DNA from: Eledone cirrhosa
Lineage: Eukaryota
NCBI GenBank assembly: GCA_964016885.1
Contig: OZ024745.1
Span: 6,820,001-6,884,000, forward strand
Reading direction: 5' to 3'
Length of the DNA: 64,000 nt
Below, piece by piece: positions 13,930 through 29,300 of the stretch. How positions within the stretch are numbered: the first letter of the stretch is position 1; every line of letters begins with the position of its first letter. The notes under the pieces were generated by a model. That model made no database searches and was not told where the DNA came from. It was given only the letters and a program-made list of their open reading frames with translations. The position numbers were made by a program, and so were the translations under genes.

Positions 13930-16900
13930 GCAGCCAGTACTATGGTGGCTGTACAATATTGCAGCTAGTACTATGGTGGCTGTACAATACGGCAGCCAGT
14001 TCTACTGTGGTTATACAATATGGCAGCCAGTACTATTGTGGCTCTACAATATGGCAGCCAGTACTATGGTGGCTCTACAATATGGCAGCCAGTACTATGG
14101 TGGCTGTACAATATGGCAGCCAGTACTATGGTGGCTGTACAATATGGCAGCCAGTACTATGGTGGCTGTATAATATGGCAGCCAGTACTATGGTGGCTCT
14201 ACAATATGGCAGCCAGTACTATGGTGGCTGTACAATATGGCAGCCAGTACTATGGTGGCTGTACAATATGGCAAACAGTACTATGGTGGCTCTACAATAT
14301 GGCAGCCAATACTATGGTGGCTGTACAACATTGCAGCCAGTACTATGGTGGCTGTACAATAATGCAGCTAGTACTATGGTGGCTGTACAATACGGCAGCC
14401 AGTTCTACTGTGGTTATACAATATGGCAGCCTGTACTATTGTGGCTCTACAATATGGCAGCCAGTACTATGGTGGCTCTACAATATGGCAGCCAGTACTA
14501 TGGTGGCTGTACAATATGGCAGCCAGTTCTATGGTGGTTGTACAATATGGCAGCCAGTACTATTGTGGCTCTACAATATGGCAGCCAGTACTATGGTGGC
14601 TGTACAATATGGCAGCCAGTACTATGGTGGCTGTACAATATGGCAGCCAGTACTATGGTGGCTGTATAATATGGCAGCAGGTGCTATGCTGGCTCTACAT
14701 TATGGCAGCCAATACTATGGTGGCTGTACAATATGGCAGCCAGTACTATGGTGGCTGTAATATATGGCAGCCAATGCTATGGTGCCTCTACAATATGGCA
14801 GCCAGTACTATGGTGGCTGTACAATATGGCAGCCAGTTCTATGGTGGATCTACAATATGGCAGCCAGTACTATGCTGGCTGTACAATATGGCAGCCAGTA
14901 CTATGGTGATTCTACAATATGGCAGCCAGTACTATTCTGGCTGTACAATATGGCAGCCAGTACTATTCTGGCTGAACAATATGGCAGCCAGTACTATGGT
15001 GGCTGTACAATATGGCAGCCAGTGCTATGGTGGCTCTACAATATGGCAGCCAGTACTATGGTGGCTGTACAATATGGCAACCAGTACTATGGTGACTGTA
15101 CAATATGGCAGCCAGTACTATGGTGGCTGTACAATATGGCAGCCAGTACAATTGTGGCTCTACAATATGGCAGCCAGTACTATGGTGGCTCTACAATATG
15201 GCAGCCAGTACTATGGTGGCTTTACAATATGGCAGCCTGTACTATGGTGGCCGTACAATATGGCAGCCAGTACTATGGTGGCTGTACAATATGGCAGCCA
15301 GTACTATGGTGGTTGTACAATATGGCAGTCAGGACTATGATGACTGTATAATATGGCAGCCAGTACTATGGTGGCTGTACAATATGGCAGCCAGTAATAT
15401 GGTGGCTGTACAATATGGCAGCCAGTACTATGGTAACAGTACAATATGGCAGCCAGTACTAAGGTGGCTCTACAATATGGCAGCCAGTGCTATGGTGGCT
15501 CTACAATATGGCAGCCAGGTCTATGGGGGCTGTACAATATGGCAGCCTGTAATATGGTGGCTGTACAATATGGCAGCCAGTACTATGGTGGCTGTACAAT
15601 ATGGCAGCCAGTACTATGGTGGCTGTACAATATGGCAGCCAGTACTATGGTGGCTGTACAATATGGCAGCCAGTACTATGGTGGCTGTACAATATGGCAG
15701 CCAGTACTATGGTGGCTGTACAACATGGCAGTCAGTACTATGGTGGCTCTACAATATGGCAGCCAATACTATGGTGGCTGTACAATATTGCAGCCAGGAC
15801 TATGGTGGCTGTACAATATTGCAGCTAGTACTATGGTGGCTGTACAATATGGCAGCCAGTTCTATGGTGGTTGTACAATATGGCAGCCAGTACTATTGTG
15901 GCTCTACAATATGGCAGTCAGTACTATGGTGCCTCTACAATATAGCAGCCAGTACTATGGTGGCTGTATAGTATGGCAGCCAGTACTACGGTGGCTATAC
16001 AATATGGCAGCCAGTACTATTCTGGCTGTACAATATGGCAGCCAGTACTATGGTGGCTCTACAATATGGCAGCCAGCACTATTCTGGCTGTAGAATATGG
16101 CAGCCAGTACTATTCTGGCTGTACAATATGGCAGCCAGTACTATGGTGGCTGTATAATATGTCAGCCAGTACTACGGTGGCTCTACAATATGGCAGCCAG
16201 TACTATTCTGGCTGTACAATATGGCAGCCAGTACTATGGTGGCTGTACAATATGGCAGCCAGTACTATGCTGACTCTACAATATGGCAGCCAATACTATG
16301 ATGGCTGTACAATATGGCAGCCAGTACTATGGTGGCTGTACAATATGGCAGCCAGTGCTATGGTGTCTCTACAATATGGCAGCCAGTACTATGGTGGCTG
16401 TATAATATGGCAGCCAGTACTATGGTGGCTGTATAATATGGCAACCAGTATTATGGTGGCTGTACAATATGGCAGCCAGTACTACGGCGGCTCAACAATA
16501 TGGCAGCCAGTGCTACGGTGGCTGTACAATATGACAGCCAGTACTAGGGTGGCTGTACAATATGGCAGCCAGTACTATGGTGGCCGTACAATATGGCAGC
16601 CAGTACTATTCTGGCTGTACAATATGGCAGCCAGTACTATGGTGGTTGCACAATATGGCAGCCAGTACTATGGTGGCTCTACAATATGGCAGCCAGTTCT
16701 ATGGTGGCTCTACAATATGGCAGCCAGTACTATGGTGGTTGCACAATATGGCAGCCAGTACTATGGTGGCTCTACTATATGGCAGCCAGTACTATGGTGG
16801 CTGTACAATATGGCAGCCAGTACTATGGTGGCTGTACAATATGGCAGACAGTACTATGGTGGCTCTACAATATGGCAGCCAGTACTATGGTGGCTGTACA

Positions 16901-19900
16901 ACATTGCAGCCAGTACTATGGTGGCTGTACAATAATGCAGCTAGTACTATGGTGGCTGTACAATATGGCAGCCAGTTCTATGGTGGTTATACAATATGGC
17001 AGCCAGTACTATTGTGGCTCTACAATATGGCAGCCAGTACTATGGTGGCTGTACAATATGGCAGCCAGTACTATGGTGGCTGTACAATATGGCAGCCAGT
17101 ACTATGGTGGCTGTATAATATGGCAGCCAGTGCTTTGCTGGCTCTACAATATGGCAGCCAATACTATGGTGGCTGTACAATATGGCAGCCAGTACTATGG
17201 TGGCTGTAATATATGGCAGCCAATGCTATGGTGCCTCTACAATATGGCAGCCAGTACTATGGTGGCTGTACAATATGGCAGCCAGTTCTATGGTGGATCT
17301 ACAATATGGCAGCCAGTACTATGGTGGCTGTACAATATGGCAGCCAGTACTATGGTGGCTGTATAATATGGCAGCCAGTACTATGGTGGCTGTACAACAT
17401 GGCAGTCAGTACTATGGTGGCTCTACAATATGGCAGCCAATACTATGGTGGCTGTACAATATTGCAGCCAGGACTATGGTGGCTGTACAATATTGCAGCT
17501 AGTACTATGGTGGCTGTACAATATGGCAGCCAGTACTATGGTGGCTGTACAATATTGCAGCTAGTACTATGGTGGCTGTACAATACGGCAGCCAGTTCTA
17601 CTGTGGTTATACAATATGGCAGCCAGTACTATTGTGGCTCTACAATATGGCAGCCAGTACTATGGTGGCTCTACAATATGGCAGCCAGTACTATGGTGGC
17701 TGTACAATATGGCAGCCAGTACTATGGTGGCTGTACAATATGGCAGCCAGTACTATGGTGGCTGTATAATATGGCAGCCAGTACTATGGTGGCTCTACAA
17801 TATGGCAGCCAGTACTATGGTGGCTGTACAATATGGCAGCCAGTACTATGGTGGCTGTACAATATGGCAAACAGTACTATGGTGGCTCTACAATATGGCA
17901 GCCAATACTATGGTGGCTGTACAACATTGCAGCCAGTACTATGGTGGCTGTACAATAATGCAGCTAGTACTATGGTGGCTGTACAATACGGCAGCCAGTT
18001 CTACTGTGGTTATACAATATGGCAGCCAGTACTATTGTGGCTCTACAATATGGCAGCCAGTACTATGGTGGCTCTACAATATGGCAGCCAGTACTATGGT
18101 GGCTGTACAATATGGCAGCCAGTTCTATGGTGGTTGTACAATATGGCAGCCAGTACTATTGTGGCTCTACAATATGGCAGCCAGTACTATGGTGGCTGTA
18201 CAATATGTCAGCCAGTACTATGGTGGCTGTACAATATGGCAGCCAGTACTATGGTGGCTGTATAATATGGCAGCCAGTGCTATGCTGGCTCTACAATATG
18301 GCAGCCAATACTATGGGGGCTGTACAATATGGCAGCCAGTACTATGGTGGCTGTAATATATGGCAGCCAATGCTATGGTGCCTCTACAATATGGCAGCCA
18401 GTACTATGGTGGCTGTACAATATGGCAGCCAGTTCTATGGTGGATCTACAATATGGCAGCCAGTACTATGCTGGCTGTACAATATGGCAGCCAGTACTAT
18501 GGTGATTCTACAATATGGCAGCCAGTACTATTCTGGCTGTACAATATGGCGCCAGTACTATTCTGGCTGAACATTATGGCAGCCAGTACTATGGTGGCTG
18601 TACAATATGGCAGCCAGTGCTATGGTGGCTCTACAATATGGCAGCCAGTACTATGGTGGCTGTACAATATGGCAACCAGTACTATGGTGACTGTACAATA
18701 TGGCAGCCAGTACTATGGTGGCTGTACAATATGGCAGCCAGTACAATTGTGGCTCTACAATATGGCAGCCAGTACTATGGTGGCTCTACAATATGGCAGC
18801 CAGTACTATGGTGGCTTTACAATATGGCAGCCAGTACTATGGTGGCCGTACAATATGGCAGCCAGTACTATGGTGGCTGTACAATATGGCAGCCAGTACT
18901 ATGGTGGTTGTACAATATGGCAGTCAGGACTATGATGACTGTATAATATGGCAGCCAGTACTATGGTGGCTGTACAATATGGCAGCCAGTAATATGGTGG
19001 CTGTACAATATGGCAGCCAGTACTATGGTAACAGTACAATATGGCAGCCAGTACTAAGGTGGCTCTACAATATGGCAGCCAGTGCTATGGTGGCTCTACA
19101 ATATGGCAGCCAGGTCTATGGTGGCTGTACAATATGGCAGCCTATAATATGGTGGCTGTACAATATGGCAGCCATTACTAGGGTGGCTATACAATATGGC
19201 AGCCAGTACTATGGTGGCTGTACAATATGGCAGCCAGTACTATGGTGGCTGTACAATATGGCAGCCAGTACTATGGTGGCTGTACAATATGGCAGCCAGT
19301 ACTATGGTGGCTGTACAACATGGCAGTCAGTACTATGGTGGCTCTACAATATGGCAGCCAATACTATGGTGGCTGTACAATATTGCAGCCAGGACTATGG
19401 TGGCTGTACAATATTGCAGCTAGTACTATGGTGGCTGTACAATATGGCAGCCAGTTCTATGGTGGTTGTACAATATGGCAGCCAGTACTATTGTGGCTCT
19501 ACAATATGGCAGTCAGTACTATGGTGCCTCTACAATATAGCAGCCAGTACTATGGTGGCTGTATAGTATGGCAGCCAGTACTACGGTGGCTATACAATAT
19601 GGCAGCCAGTACTATTCTGGCTGTACAATATGGCAGCCAGTACTATGGTGGCTCTACAATATGGCAGCCAGCACTATTCTGGCTGTAGAATATGGCAGCC
19701 AGTACTATTCTGGCTGTACAATATGGCAGCCAGTACTATGGTGGCTGTATAATATGTCAGCCAGTACTACGGTGGCTCTACAATATGGCAGCCAGTACTA
19801 TTCTGGCTGTACAATATGGCAGCCAGTACTATGGTGGCTGTACAATATGGCAGCCAGTGCTATGGTGTCTCTACAATATGGCAGCCAGTACTATGGTGGC

Positions 19901-21020
19901 TGTATAATATGGCAGCCAGTACTATCGTGGCTGTATAATATGGCAACCAGTATTATGGTGGCTGTACAATATGGCAGCCAGTACTACGGTGGCTCAACAA
20001 TATGGCAGCCAGTGCTACGGTGGCTGTACAATATGACAGCCAGTACTAGGGTGGCTGTACAATATGGCAGCCAGTACTATGGTGGCCGTACAATATGGCA
20101 GCCAGTACTATTCTGGCTGTACAATATGGCAGCCAGTACTATGGTGGTTGCACAATATGGCAGCCAGTACTATGGTGGCTCTACAATATGGCAGCCAGTA
20201 CTATGGTGGCTGTACAGTATGGCAGCCAGTACTATGGTGGCTGTACAATATGGCAGCCAGTACTATGGTGGCTCTACTATATGGCAGCCAGTACTATGGT
20301 GGCTGTACAATATGGCAGCCAGTACTATGGTGGCTGTACAATATGGCAGACAGTACTATGGTGGCTCTACAATATGGCAGCCAGTACTATGGTGGCTGTA
20401 CAACATTGCAGCCAGTACTATGGTGGCTGTACAATAATGCAGCTAGTACTATGGTGGCTGTACAATATGGCAGCCAGTTCTATGGTGGTTATACAATATG
20501 GCAGCCAGTACTATTGTGGCTCTACAATATGGCAGCCAGTACTATGGTGGCTGTACAATATGGCAGCCAGTACTATGGTGGCTGTACAATATGGCAGCCA
20601 GTACTATGGTGGCTGTATAATATGGCAGCCAGTGCTTTGCTGGCTCTACAATATGGCAGCCAATACTATGGTGGCTGTACAATATGGCAGCCAGTACTAT
20701 GGTGGCTGTAATATATGGCAGCCAATGCTATGGTGCCTCTACAATATGGCAGCCAGTACTATGGTGGCTGTACAATATGGCAGCCAGTTCTATGGTGGAT
20801 CTACAATATGGCAGCCAGTACTATGGTGGCTGTACAATATGGCAGCCAGTACTATGGTGGCTGTATAATATGGCAGCCAGTACTATGGTGGCTGTACAAC
20901 ATGGCAGTCAGTACTATGGTGGCTCTACAATATGGCAGCCAATACTATGGTGGCTGTACAATATTGCAGCCAGGACTATGGTGGCTGTACAATATTGCAG
21001 CTAGTACTATGGTGGCTGTA
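13930..21020. repeat. Tandem higher-order duplication with a unit of ~3.5-3.6 kb (116 then 113 monomers): ~13930-17510 then ~17530-21020
   Basis: ORF pairs 14020/17616 and 14764/18360 (3596); 15105/18700 and 15973/19568 (3595, after the 1-bp deletion near 18550); 16562/20064 and 17182/20684 (3502). Shared rare variants: gctgaaca, gtacaattgt, ggtaacagt, ctaaggtgg, gctttgctgg. Confidence 0.88.
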
Positions 21021-22510
21021 CAATATGGCAGCCAGTTCTATGGTGGTTGTACAATATGGCAGCCAGTACTATTGTGGCTCTACAATATGGCAGTCAGTAC
21101 TATGGTGCCTCTACAATATAGCAGCCAGTACTATGGTGGCTGTATAGTATGGCAGCCAGTACTACGGTGGCTATACAATATGGCAGCCAGTACTATTCTG
21201 GCTGTACAATATGGCAGCCAGTACTATGGTGGCTCTACAATATGGCAGCCAGCACTATTCTGGCTGTACAATATGGCAGCCAGTACTATTCTGGCTGTAC
21301 AATATGGCAGCCAGTACTATGGTGGCTGTATAATATGTCAGCCAGTACTACGGAGGCTCTACAATATGGCAGCCAGTACTATTCTGGCTGTACAATATGG
21401 CAGCCAGTACTATGGTGGCTGTACAATATGGCAGCCAGTACTATGCTGACTCTACAATATGGCAGCCAATATTATGATGGCTGTACAATATGGCAGCCAG
21501 TACTATGGTGGCTGTACAATATGGCAGACAGTGCTATGGTGTCTCTACAATATGGCAGCCAGTACTATGGTGGCTGTATAATATGGCAGCCAGTACTATG
21601 GTGGCTGTATAATATGGCAACCAGTATTATGGTGGCTGTACAATATGGCAGCCAGTACTACGGTGGCTCTACAATATGGCAGCCAGTGCTACGGTGGCTG
21701 TACAATATGACAGCCAGTACTAGGGTGGCTGTACAATATGGCAGCCAGTACTATGGTGGCCGTACAATATGGCAGCCAGTACTATTCTGGCTGTACAATA
21801 TGGCAGCCAGTACTATGGTGGTTGCACAATATGGCAGCCAGTACTATGGTGGCTCTACAATATGGCAGCCAGTACTATGGTGGCTGTACAGTATGGCAGC
21901 CAGTACTATGGTGGCTGTACAATATGGCAGCCAGTACTATGGTGGCTCTACAATATGGCAGCCAGTACTATGGTGGCTGTACAATATGGCAGCCAGTACT
22001 ATGGTGGCTGTACAATATGGCAGACAGTACTATGGTGGCTCTACAATATGGCAGCCAGTACTATGGTGGCTGTACAACATTGCAGCCAGTACTATGGTGG
22101 CTGTACAATAATGCAGCTAGTACTATGGTGGCTGTACAATATGGCAGCCAGTTCTATGGTGGTTATACAATATGGCAGCCAGTACTATTGTGGCTTTACA
22201 ATATGGCAGCCAGTACTATGGTGGCTGTACAATATGGCAGCCAGTACTATGGTGGCTGTACAATATGGCAGCCAGTACTATGGTGGCTGTATAATATGGC
22301 AGCCAGTGCTTTGCTGGCTCTACAATATGGCAGCCAATCCTATGGTGGCTGTACAATATGGCAGCCAGTACTATGGTGGCTGTAATATATGGCAGCCAAT
22401 GCTATGGTGCCTCTACAATATGGCAGCCAGTACTATGGTGGCTGTACAATATGGCAGCCAGTTCTATGGTGGATCTACAATATGGCAGCCAGTACTATGG
22501 TGGCTGTACA
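19300..22510. repeat. Tandem higher-order duplication with a unit of ~1.6-1.7 kb (51-54 monomers): ~19300-20830 then ~20880-22510
   Basis: ORF pairs 19568/21149 (1581) and 20064/21738, 20095/21769, 20715/22389 (1674), with the same order of variant monomers. Confidence 0.8.
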
Positions 22511-25500
22511 ATATGGCAGCCAGTACTATGGTGATTCTACAATATGGCAGCCAGTACTATTCTGGCTGTACAATATGGCAGCCAGTACTATTCTGGCTGT
22601 ACAATATGGCAGCCAGTACTATGGTGGCTGTACAATATGGCAGCCAGTGCTATGGTGGCTCTACAATATGGCAGCCAGTACTATGGTGGCTGTACAATAT
22701 GGCAACCAGTACTATGGTGATTGTACAATATGGCAGCCAGTACTATGGTGGCTGTACAATATGGCAGCCAGTACAATTGTGGCTCTACAATATGGCAGCC
22801 AGTACTATGGTGGCTCTACAATATGGCAGCCAGTACTATGGTGGCTTTACAATATGGCAGCCAGTACTATGGTGGCCGTACAATATGGCAGCCAGTACTA
22901 TGGTGGCTGTACAATATGGCAGCCAGTACTATGGTGGTTGTACAATATGGCAGTCAGGACTATGATGACTGTATAATATGGCAGCCAGTACTATGGTGGC
23001 TGTACAATATGGCAGCCAGTAATATGGTGGCTGTACAATATGGCAGCCAGTACTATGGTAACAGTACAATATGGCAGCCAGTACTAAGGTGGCTCTACAA
23101 TATGGCAGCCAGTGCTATGGTGGCTCTACAATATGGCAGCCAGGTCTATGGTGGCTGTACAATATGGCAGCCTGTAATATGGTGGCTGTACAATATGGCA
23201 GCCAGTACTACGGTGGCTCTACAATATGGCAGCCAGTGCTACGGTGGCTGTACAATATGACAGCCAGTACTATTGTGGCTCTACAATATGGCAGTCAGTA
23301 CTATGGTGCCTCTACAATATAGCAGCCAGTACTATGGTGGCTGTATAGTATGGCAGCCAGTACTACGGTGGCTATACAATATGGCAGCCAGTACTATTCT
23401 GGCTGTACAATATGGCAGCCAGTACTATGGTGGCTCTACAATATGGCAGCCAGCACTATTCTGGCTGTACAATATGGCAGCCAGTACTATTCTGGCTGTA
23501 CAATATGGCAGCCAGTACTATGATGGCTGTACAATATGGCACCAGTACTATGGTGGCTGTACAATATGGCAGCCAGTGCTATGGTGTCTCTACAATATGG
23601 CAGCCAGTACTATGGTGGCTGTACAATATGGCAGCCAGTACTATGGTGGCTCTACAATATGGCAGCCAGCACTATTCTGGCTGTACAATATGGCAGCCAG
23701 TACTATGCTGACTCTACAATATGGCAGCCAATACTATGATGGCTGTACAATATGGCACCAGTACTATGGTGGCTGTACAATATGGCAGCCAGTGCTATGG
23801 TGTCTCTACAATATGGCAGCCAGTACTATGGTGGCTGTATAATATGGCAGCCAGTACTATGGTGGCTGTATAATATGGCAACCAGTATTATGGTGGCTGT
23901 ACAATATGGCAGCCAGTGCTACGGTGGCTGTACAATATGACAGCCAGTAGTAGGGTGGCTGTACAATATGGCAGCCAGTACTATGGTGGCCGTACAATAT
24001 GGCAGCCAGTACTATTCTGGCTGTACAATATGGCAGCCAGTACTATGGTGGTTGCACAATATGGCAGCCAGTACTATGGTGGCTCTACAATATGGCAGCC
24101 AGTATTATGGTGGCTGTACAGTATGGCAGCCAGTACTATGGTGGCTGTACAATATGGCAGCCAGTACTATGGTGGCTCTACAATATGGCAGCCAGTTCTA
24201 TGGTGGCTGTACAATATGGCAGCCAGTACTATGGTGGCTTTACAATATGGCAGCCAGTACTATGGTGGCTGTATAATATGGCAGCCAGTACTATGGTGGC
24301 TCTACAATATGGCAGCCAGGCCTATGGTGGCTGTACAATATGGCAGCCAGTACTATGGTGGCTGTACAATATGGCAGACAGTACTATGGTGGCTCTACAA
24401 TATGGCAGCCAATACTATGGTGGCTGTACAACATTGCAGCCAGTACTATGGTGGCTGTACAATATGGCAGCCAGTACTATGGTGGCTGTATAATATGGCA
24501 GCCAGTGCTATGCTGGCTATACAATATGGCAGCCAATACTATGGTGGCTGTACAATATGGCAGCCAGTACTATGGTGGCTGTAATATATGGCAGCCAATG
24601 CTGTTCTGCCTCTCCAATATGGCAGCCAGTACTATGGTGGCTGTACAATATGGCAGCCAGTTCTATGGTGGATCTACAATATGGCAGCCAGTACTATGGT
24701 GGCTGTACAATATGGCAGCCAGTACTATGGTGATTCTACAATATGGCAGCCAGTACTATTCTGGCTGTACAATATGGCAGCCAGTACTATTCTGGCTGTA
24801 CAATATGGCAGCCAGTACTATGGTGGCTGTACAATATGGCAGACAGTGCTATGGTGGCTCTACAATATGGCAGCCAGTACTATGGTAGCTGTACAATATG
24901 GAAACCAGTACTATGGTGGCTGTACAATATGGCAACCAGTACTATGGTGACTGTACAATATGGCAGCCAGTACTATGGTGGCTGTACAATATGGCAGCCA
25001 GTACTATTGTGGCTCTACAATATGGCAGCCAGTACTCTGGTGGCTCTACAATATGGCAGCCAGTACTATGGTGGCTTTACAATATGGCAGCCAGTACTAT
25101 GGTGGCCGTACAATATGGCAGCCAGTACTATGGTGGCTGTACAATATGGCAGCCAGTACTATGGTGGTTGTACAATATTGCAGCCAGGACTATGGTGGCT
25201 GTACTATATGGCAGCCAGTACTATGGTGGCTGTACAATATGGCAGCCGGTACTATGGTGGCTGTACAATATGGCAGTCAGGACTATGATGACTGTATAAT
25301 ATGGCAGCCAGTACTATGATTGCTGTACAATATGGCAGCCAGTAATATGGTGGCTGTACAATATGGCAGCCAGTACTATGGTGACAGTACAATATGGCAG
25401 CCAGTACTATGGTGGCTCTACAATATGGCAGCCAGTACTATGGTGGCTGTACAATATGGCAGCCAGTACTATGGTGGTTGTACAATATGGCAGTCAGGAC

Positions 25501-26029
25501 TATGATGACTGTATAATATGGCAGCCAGTACTATGGTGACAGTACAATATGGCAGCCAGTACTATGGTGGCTGTACAATATGGCAGCCAGTGCTATGGTG
25601 GCTCTACAATATGGCAGCCAGGTCTATGGTGGCTGTACAACATGGCAATCAGTACTATGGTGGCTGTACAATATGGCAGCCAGTACTATGGTGGCTGTAC
25701 AACATGGCAGTCAGTACTATGGTGGCTGTACAATATTGCAGCCAGGACTATGGTGGCTGTACAATATTGCAGCCAGGACTATGGTGGCTGTACAATATTG
25801 CAGCTAGTACTATGGTGGCTGTACAATATGGCAGCCAGTTCTATGGTGGTTGTACAATATGGCAGCCAGTACTATTGTGGCTCTACAATATGGCAGTCAG
25901 TACTATGGTGCCTCTACAATATAGCAGCCAGTACTATGGTGGCTGTATAGTATGGCAGCCAGTACTACGGTGGCTATACAATATGGCAGCCAGTACTATT
26001 CTGGCTGTACAATATGGCAGCCAGTACTA

Positions 26030-29000
26030 TGGTGGCTCTACAATATGGCAGCCAGCACTATTCTGGCTGTACAATATGGCAGCCAGTACTATTCTGGCTG
26101 TACAATATGGCAGCCAGTACTATGGTGGCTGTATAATATGTCAGCCAGTACTACGGTGGCTCTACAATATGGCAGCCAGTACTATTCTGGCTGTACAATA
26201 TGGCAGCCAGTACTATGGTGGCTGTACAATATGGCAGCCAGTACTATGCTGACTCTACAATATGGCAGCCAATATTATGATGGCTGTACAATATGGCAGC
26301 CAGTACTATGGTGGCTGTACAATATGGCAGCCAGTGCTATGGTGTCTCTACAATATGGCAGCACGTACTATGGTGGCTGTATAATATGGCAGCCAGTACT
26401 ATATTGGCTGTATAATATGGCAACCAGTATTATGGTGGCTGTACAATATGGCAGCCAGTACTACGGTGGCTCTACAATATGGCAGCCAGTGCTACGGTGT
26501 CTGTACAATATGACAGCCAGTACTAGGGTGGCTGTACAATATGGCAGCCAGTACTATGGTGGCCGTACAATATGGCAGCCAGTACTATTCTGGCTGTACA
26601 ATATGGCAGCCAGTACTATGGTGGTTGCACAATATGGCAGCCAGTACTATGGTGGCTCTACAATATGGCAGCCAGTACTATGGTGGCTGTACAGTATGGC
26701 GGCCAGTACTATGGTGGCTGTACAATATGGCAGCCAGTACTATGGTGGCTCTACAATATGGCAGCCAGTACTATCGTGGCTGTACAATATGGCAGCCAGT
26801 ACTATGGTGGCTCTACAATATGGCAGCCAGTACTATGGTGGCTGTATAATATGGCAGCCAGTACTATGGTGGCTGTATAATATGGCAGCCAGTACTATTC
26901 TGGCTGTACAATATGGCAGCCAGTACTATGGTGGCTGTACAATATGGCAGCCAGTACTATGGTGGCTGTACAATATGGCAGCCAGTACTATGCTGGCTCT
27001 ACAATATTGCAGCCAGTACTATGGTGGCTCTACAATATGGCAGCCAGTACTATGGTGGCTGTACAATATGGCAGCCAGTACTATGTTGGCTGTACAATAT
27101 GGCAGCCACTACTATGGTGGCTGTACAATATGGCAGCCAGTACTATGGTGGCTCTACAATATGGCAGCCTATATTATGGTGGCTGTTCAATATGGCAGAC
27201 AGTACTATGGTGGCTGTTCAATATGGCAGCCACTACTATGGTGGCTCTACAATATGGCAGCCAATACTATGATGGCTGTACAATATGGCAGCCAGTACTA
27301 TGGTGGCTGTACAATATGGCAGCCAGTGCTATGGTGGCTGTAATATATGGCAGCCAGTACTATGGTGGCTCTACAATATGGCAGCCAGTATTATGGTGGC
27401 TGTATAATATGGCAGCCAATACTAATGTGGCTGTACAATATGGCAGCCAGTTCTATGGTGGCTGTACAATATGGCAGCCAGTACTATGGTGGCTCTACAA
27501 TATGGCAGCTAGTACTATGGTGGCTGTACAATATGGCAGCCAGTACGATTCTGGCTGTACAATATGGCAGCCAGTACTATGGTGACTGTACAATATGGCA
27601 GCCAGTACTATGGTGGCCGTACAATATGTCAGCCAGTACTATGGTGGCTCTACAATATGGCAGCCAGCACTATTCTGGCTGTACAATATGGCAGCCAGTA
27701 CTATTCTGGCTGTACAATATGGCAGCCAGTACTATGGTGGCTGTATAATATGTCAGCCAGTACTACGGTGGCTCTACAATATGGCAGCCAGTACTATTCT
27801 GGCTGTACAATATGGCAGCCAGTACTATGGTGGCTGTACAATATGGCAGCCAGTACTATGCTGACTCTACAATATGGCAGCCAATATTATGATGGCTGTA
27901 CAATATGGCAGCCAGTACTATGGTGGCTGTACAATATGGCAGCCAGTGCTATGGTGTCTCTACAATATGGCAGCACGTACTATGGTGGCTGTATAATATG
28001 GCAGCCAGTACTATATTGGCTGTATAATATGGCAACCAGTATTATGGTGGCTGTACAATATGGCAGCCAGTACTACGGTGGCTCTACAATATGGCAGCCA
28101 GTGCTACGGTGGCTGTACAATATGACAGCCAGTACTAGGGTGGCTGTACAATATGGCAGCCAGTACTATGGTGGCCGTACAATATGGCAGCCAGTACTAT
28201 TCTGGCTGTACAATATGGCAGCCAGTACTATGGTGGTTGCACAATATGGCAGCCAGTACTATGGTGGCTCTACAATATGGCAGCCAGTACTATGGTGGCT
28301 GTACAGTATGGCAGCCAGTACTATGGTGGCTGTACAATATGGCAGCCAGTACTATGGTGGCTCTACAATATGGCAGCCAGTACTATGGTGGCTGTACAAT
28401 ATGGCATCCAGTACTATGGTGGCTCTACAATATGGCAGCCACTACTATGGTGGCTGTATAATATGGCAGCCAGTACTATGGTGGCTGTATAATATGGCAG
28501 CCAGTACTATTCTGGCTGTACAATATGGCAGCCAGTACTATGGTGGCTGTACAATATGGCAGCCAGTACTATGGTGGCTGTACAATATGGCAGCCAGTAC
28601 TATGCTGGCTCTACAATATTGCAGCCAGTACTATGGTGGCTGTACAATATGGCAGCCAGTACTATGGTGGCTGTACAATATGGCAGCCAGTACTATGTTG
28701 GCTGTACAATATGGCAGCCAGTACTATGGTGGCTGTACAATATGGCAGCCAGTACTATGGTGGCTCTACAATATGGCAGCCTATATTATGGTGGCTGTTC
28801 AATATGGCAGACAGTACTATGGCGGCTGTTCAATATGGCAGCCACTACTATGGTGGCTCTACAATATGGCAGCCAATACTATGATGGCTGTACAATATGG
28901 CAGCCAGTACTATGGTGGCTGTACAATATGGCAGCCAGTGCTATGGTGGCTCTACAATATGGCAGCCAGTACTATGGTGGCTGTAATATATGGCAGCCAG

Positions 29001-29300
29001 TACTATGGTGGCTCTACAATATGGCAGCCAGTATTATGGTGGCTGTATAATATGGCAGCCAATACTAATGTGGCTGTACAATATGGCAGCCAGTTCTATG
29101 GTGGCTGTACAATATGGCAGCCAGTACTATGGTGGCTCTACAATATGGCAGCCAGTACTATGGTGGCTGTACAATATGGCAGCCAGTACGATTCTGGCTG
29201 TACAATATGGCAGCCAGTACTATGGTGACTGTACAATATGGCAGCCAGTACTATGGTGGCCGTACAATATGTCAGCCAGTACTATGGTGGCTCTACAATA
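26030..29300. repeat. Tandem higher-order duplication with a unit of ~1612-1643 bp (52-53 monomers): ~26030-27650 then ~27650-29300
   Basis: ORF pairs 26541/28153, 26572/28184, 26913/28525 (1612) and 27347/28990 (1643). Shared private variants gcacgtac, ctatattggc, gcctatatt, gtacgattc. Confidence 0.88.
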
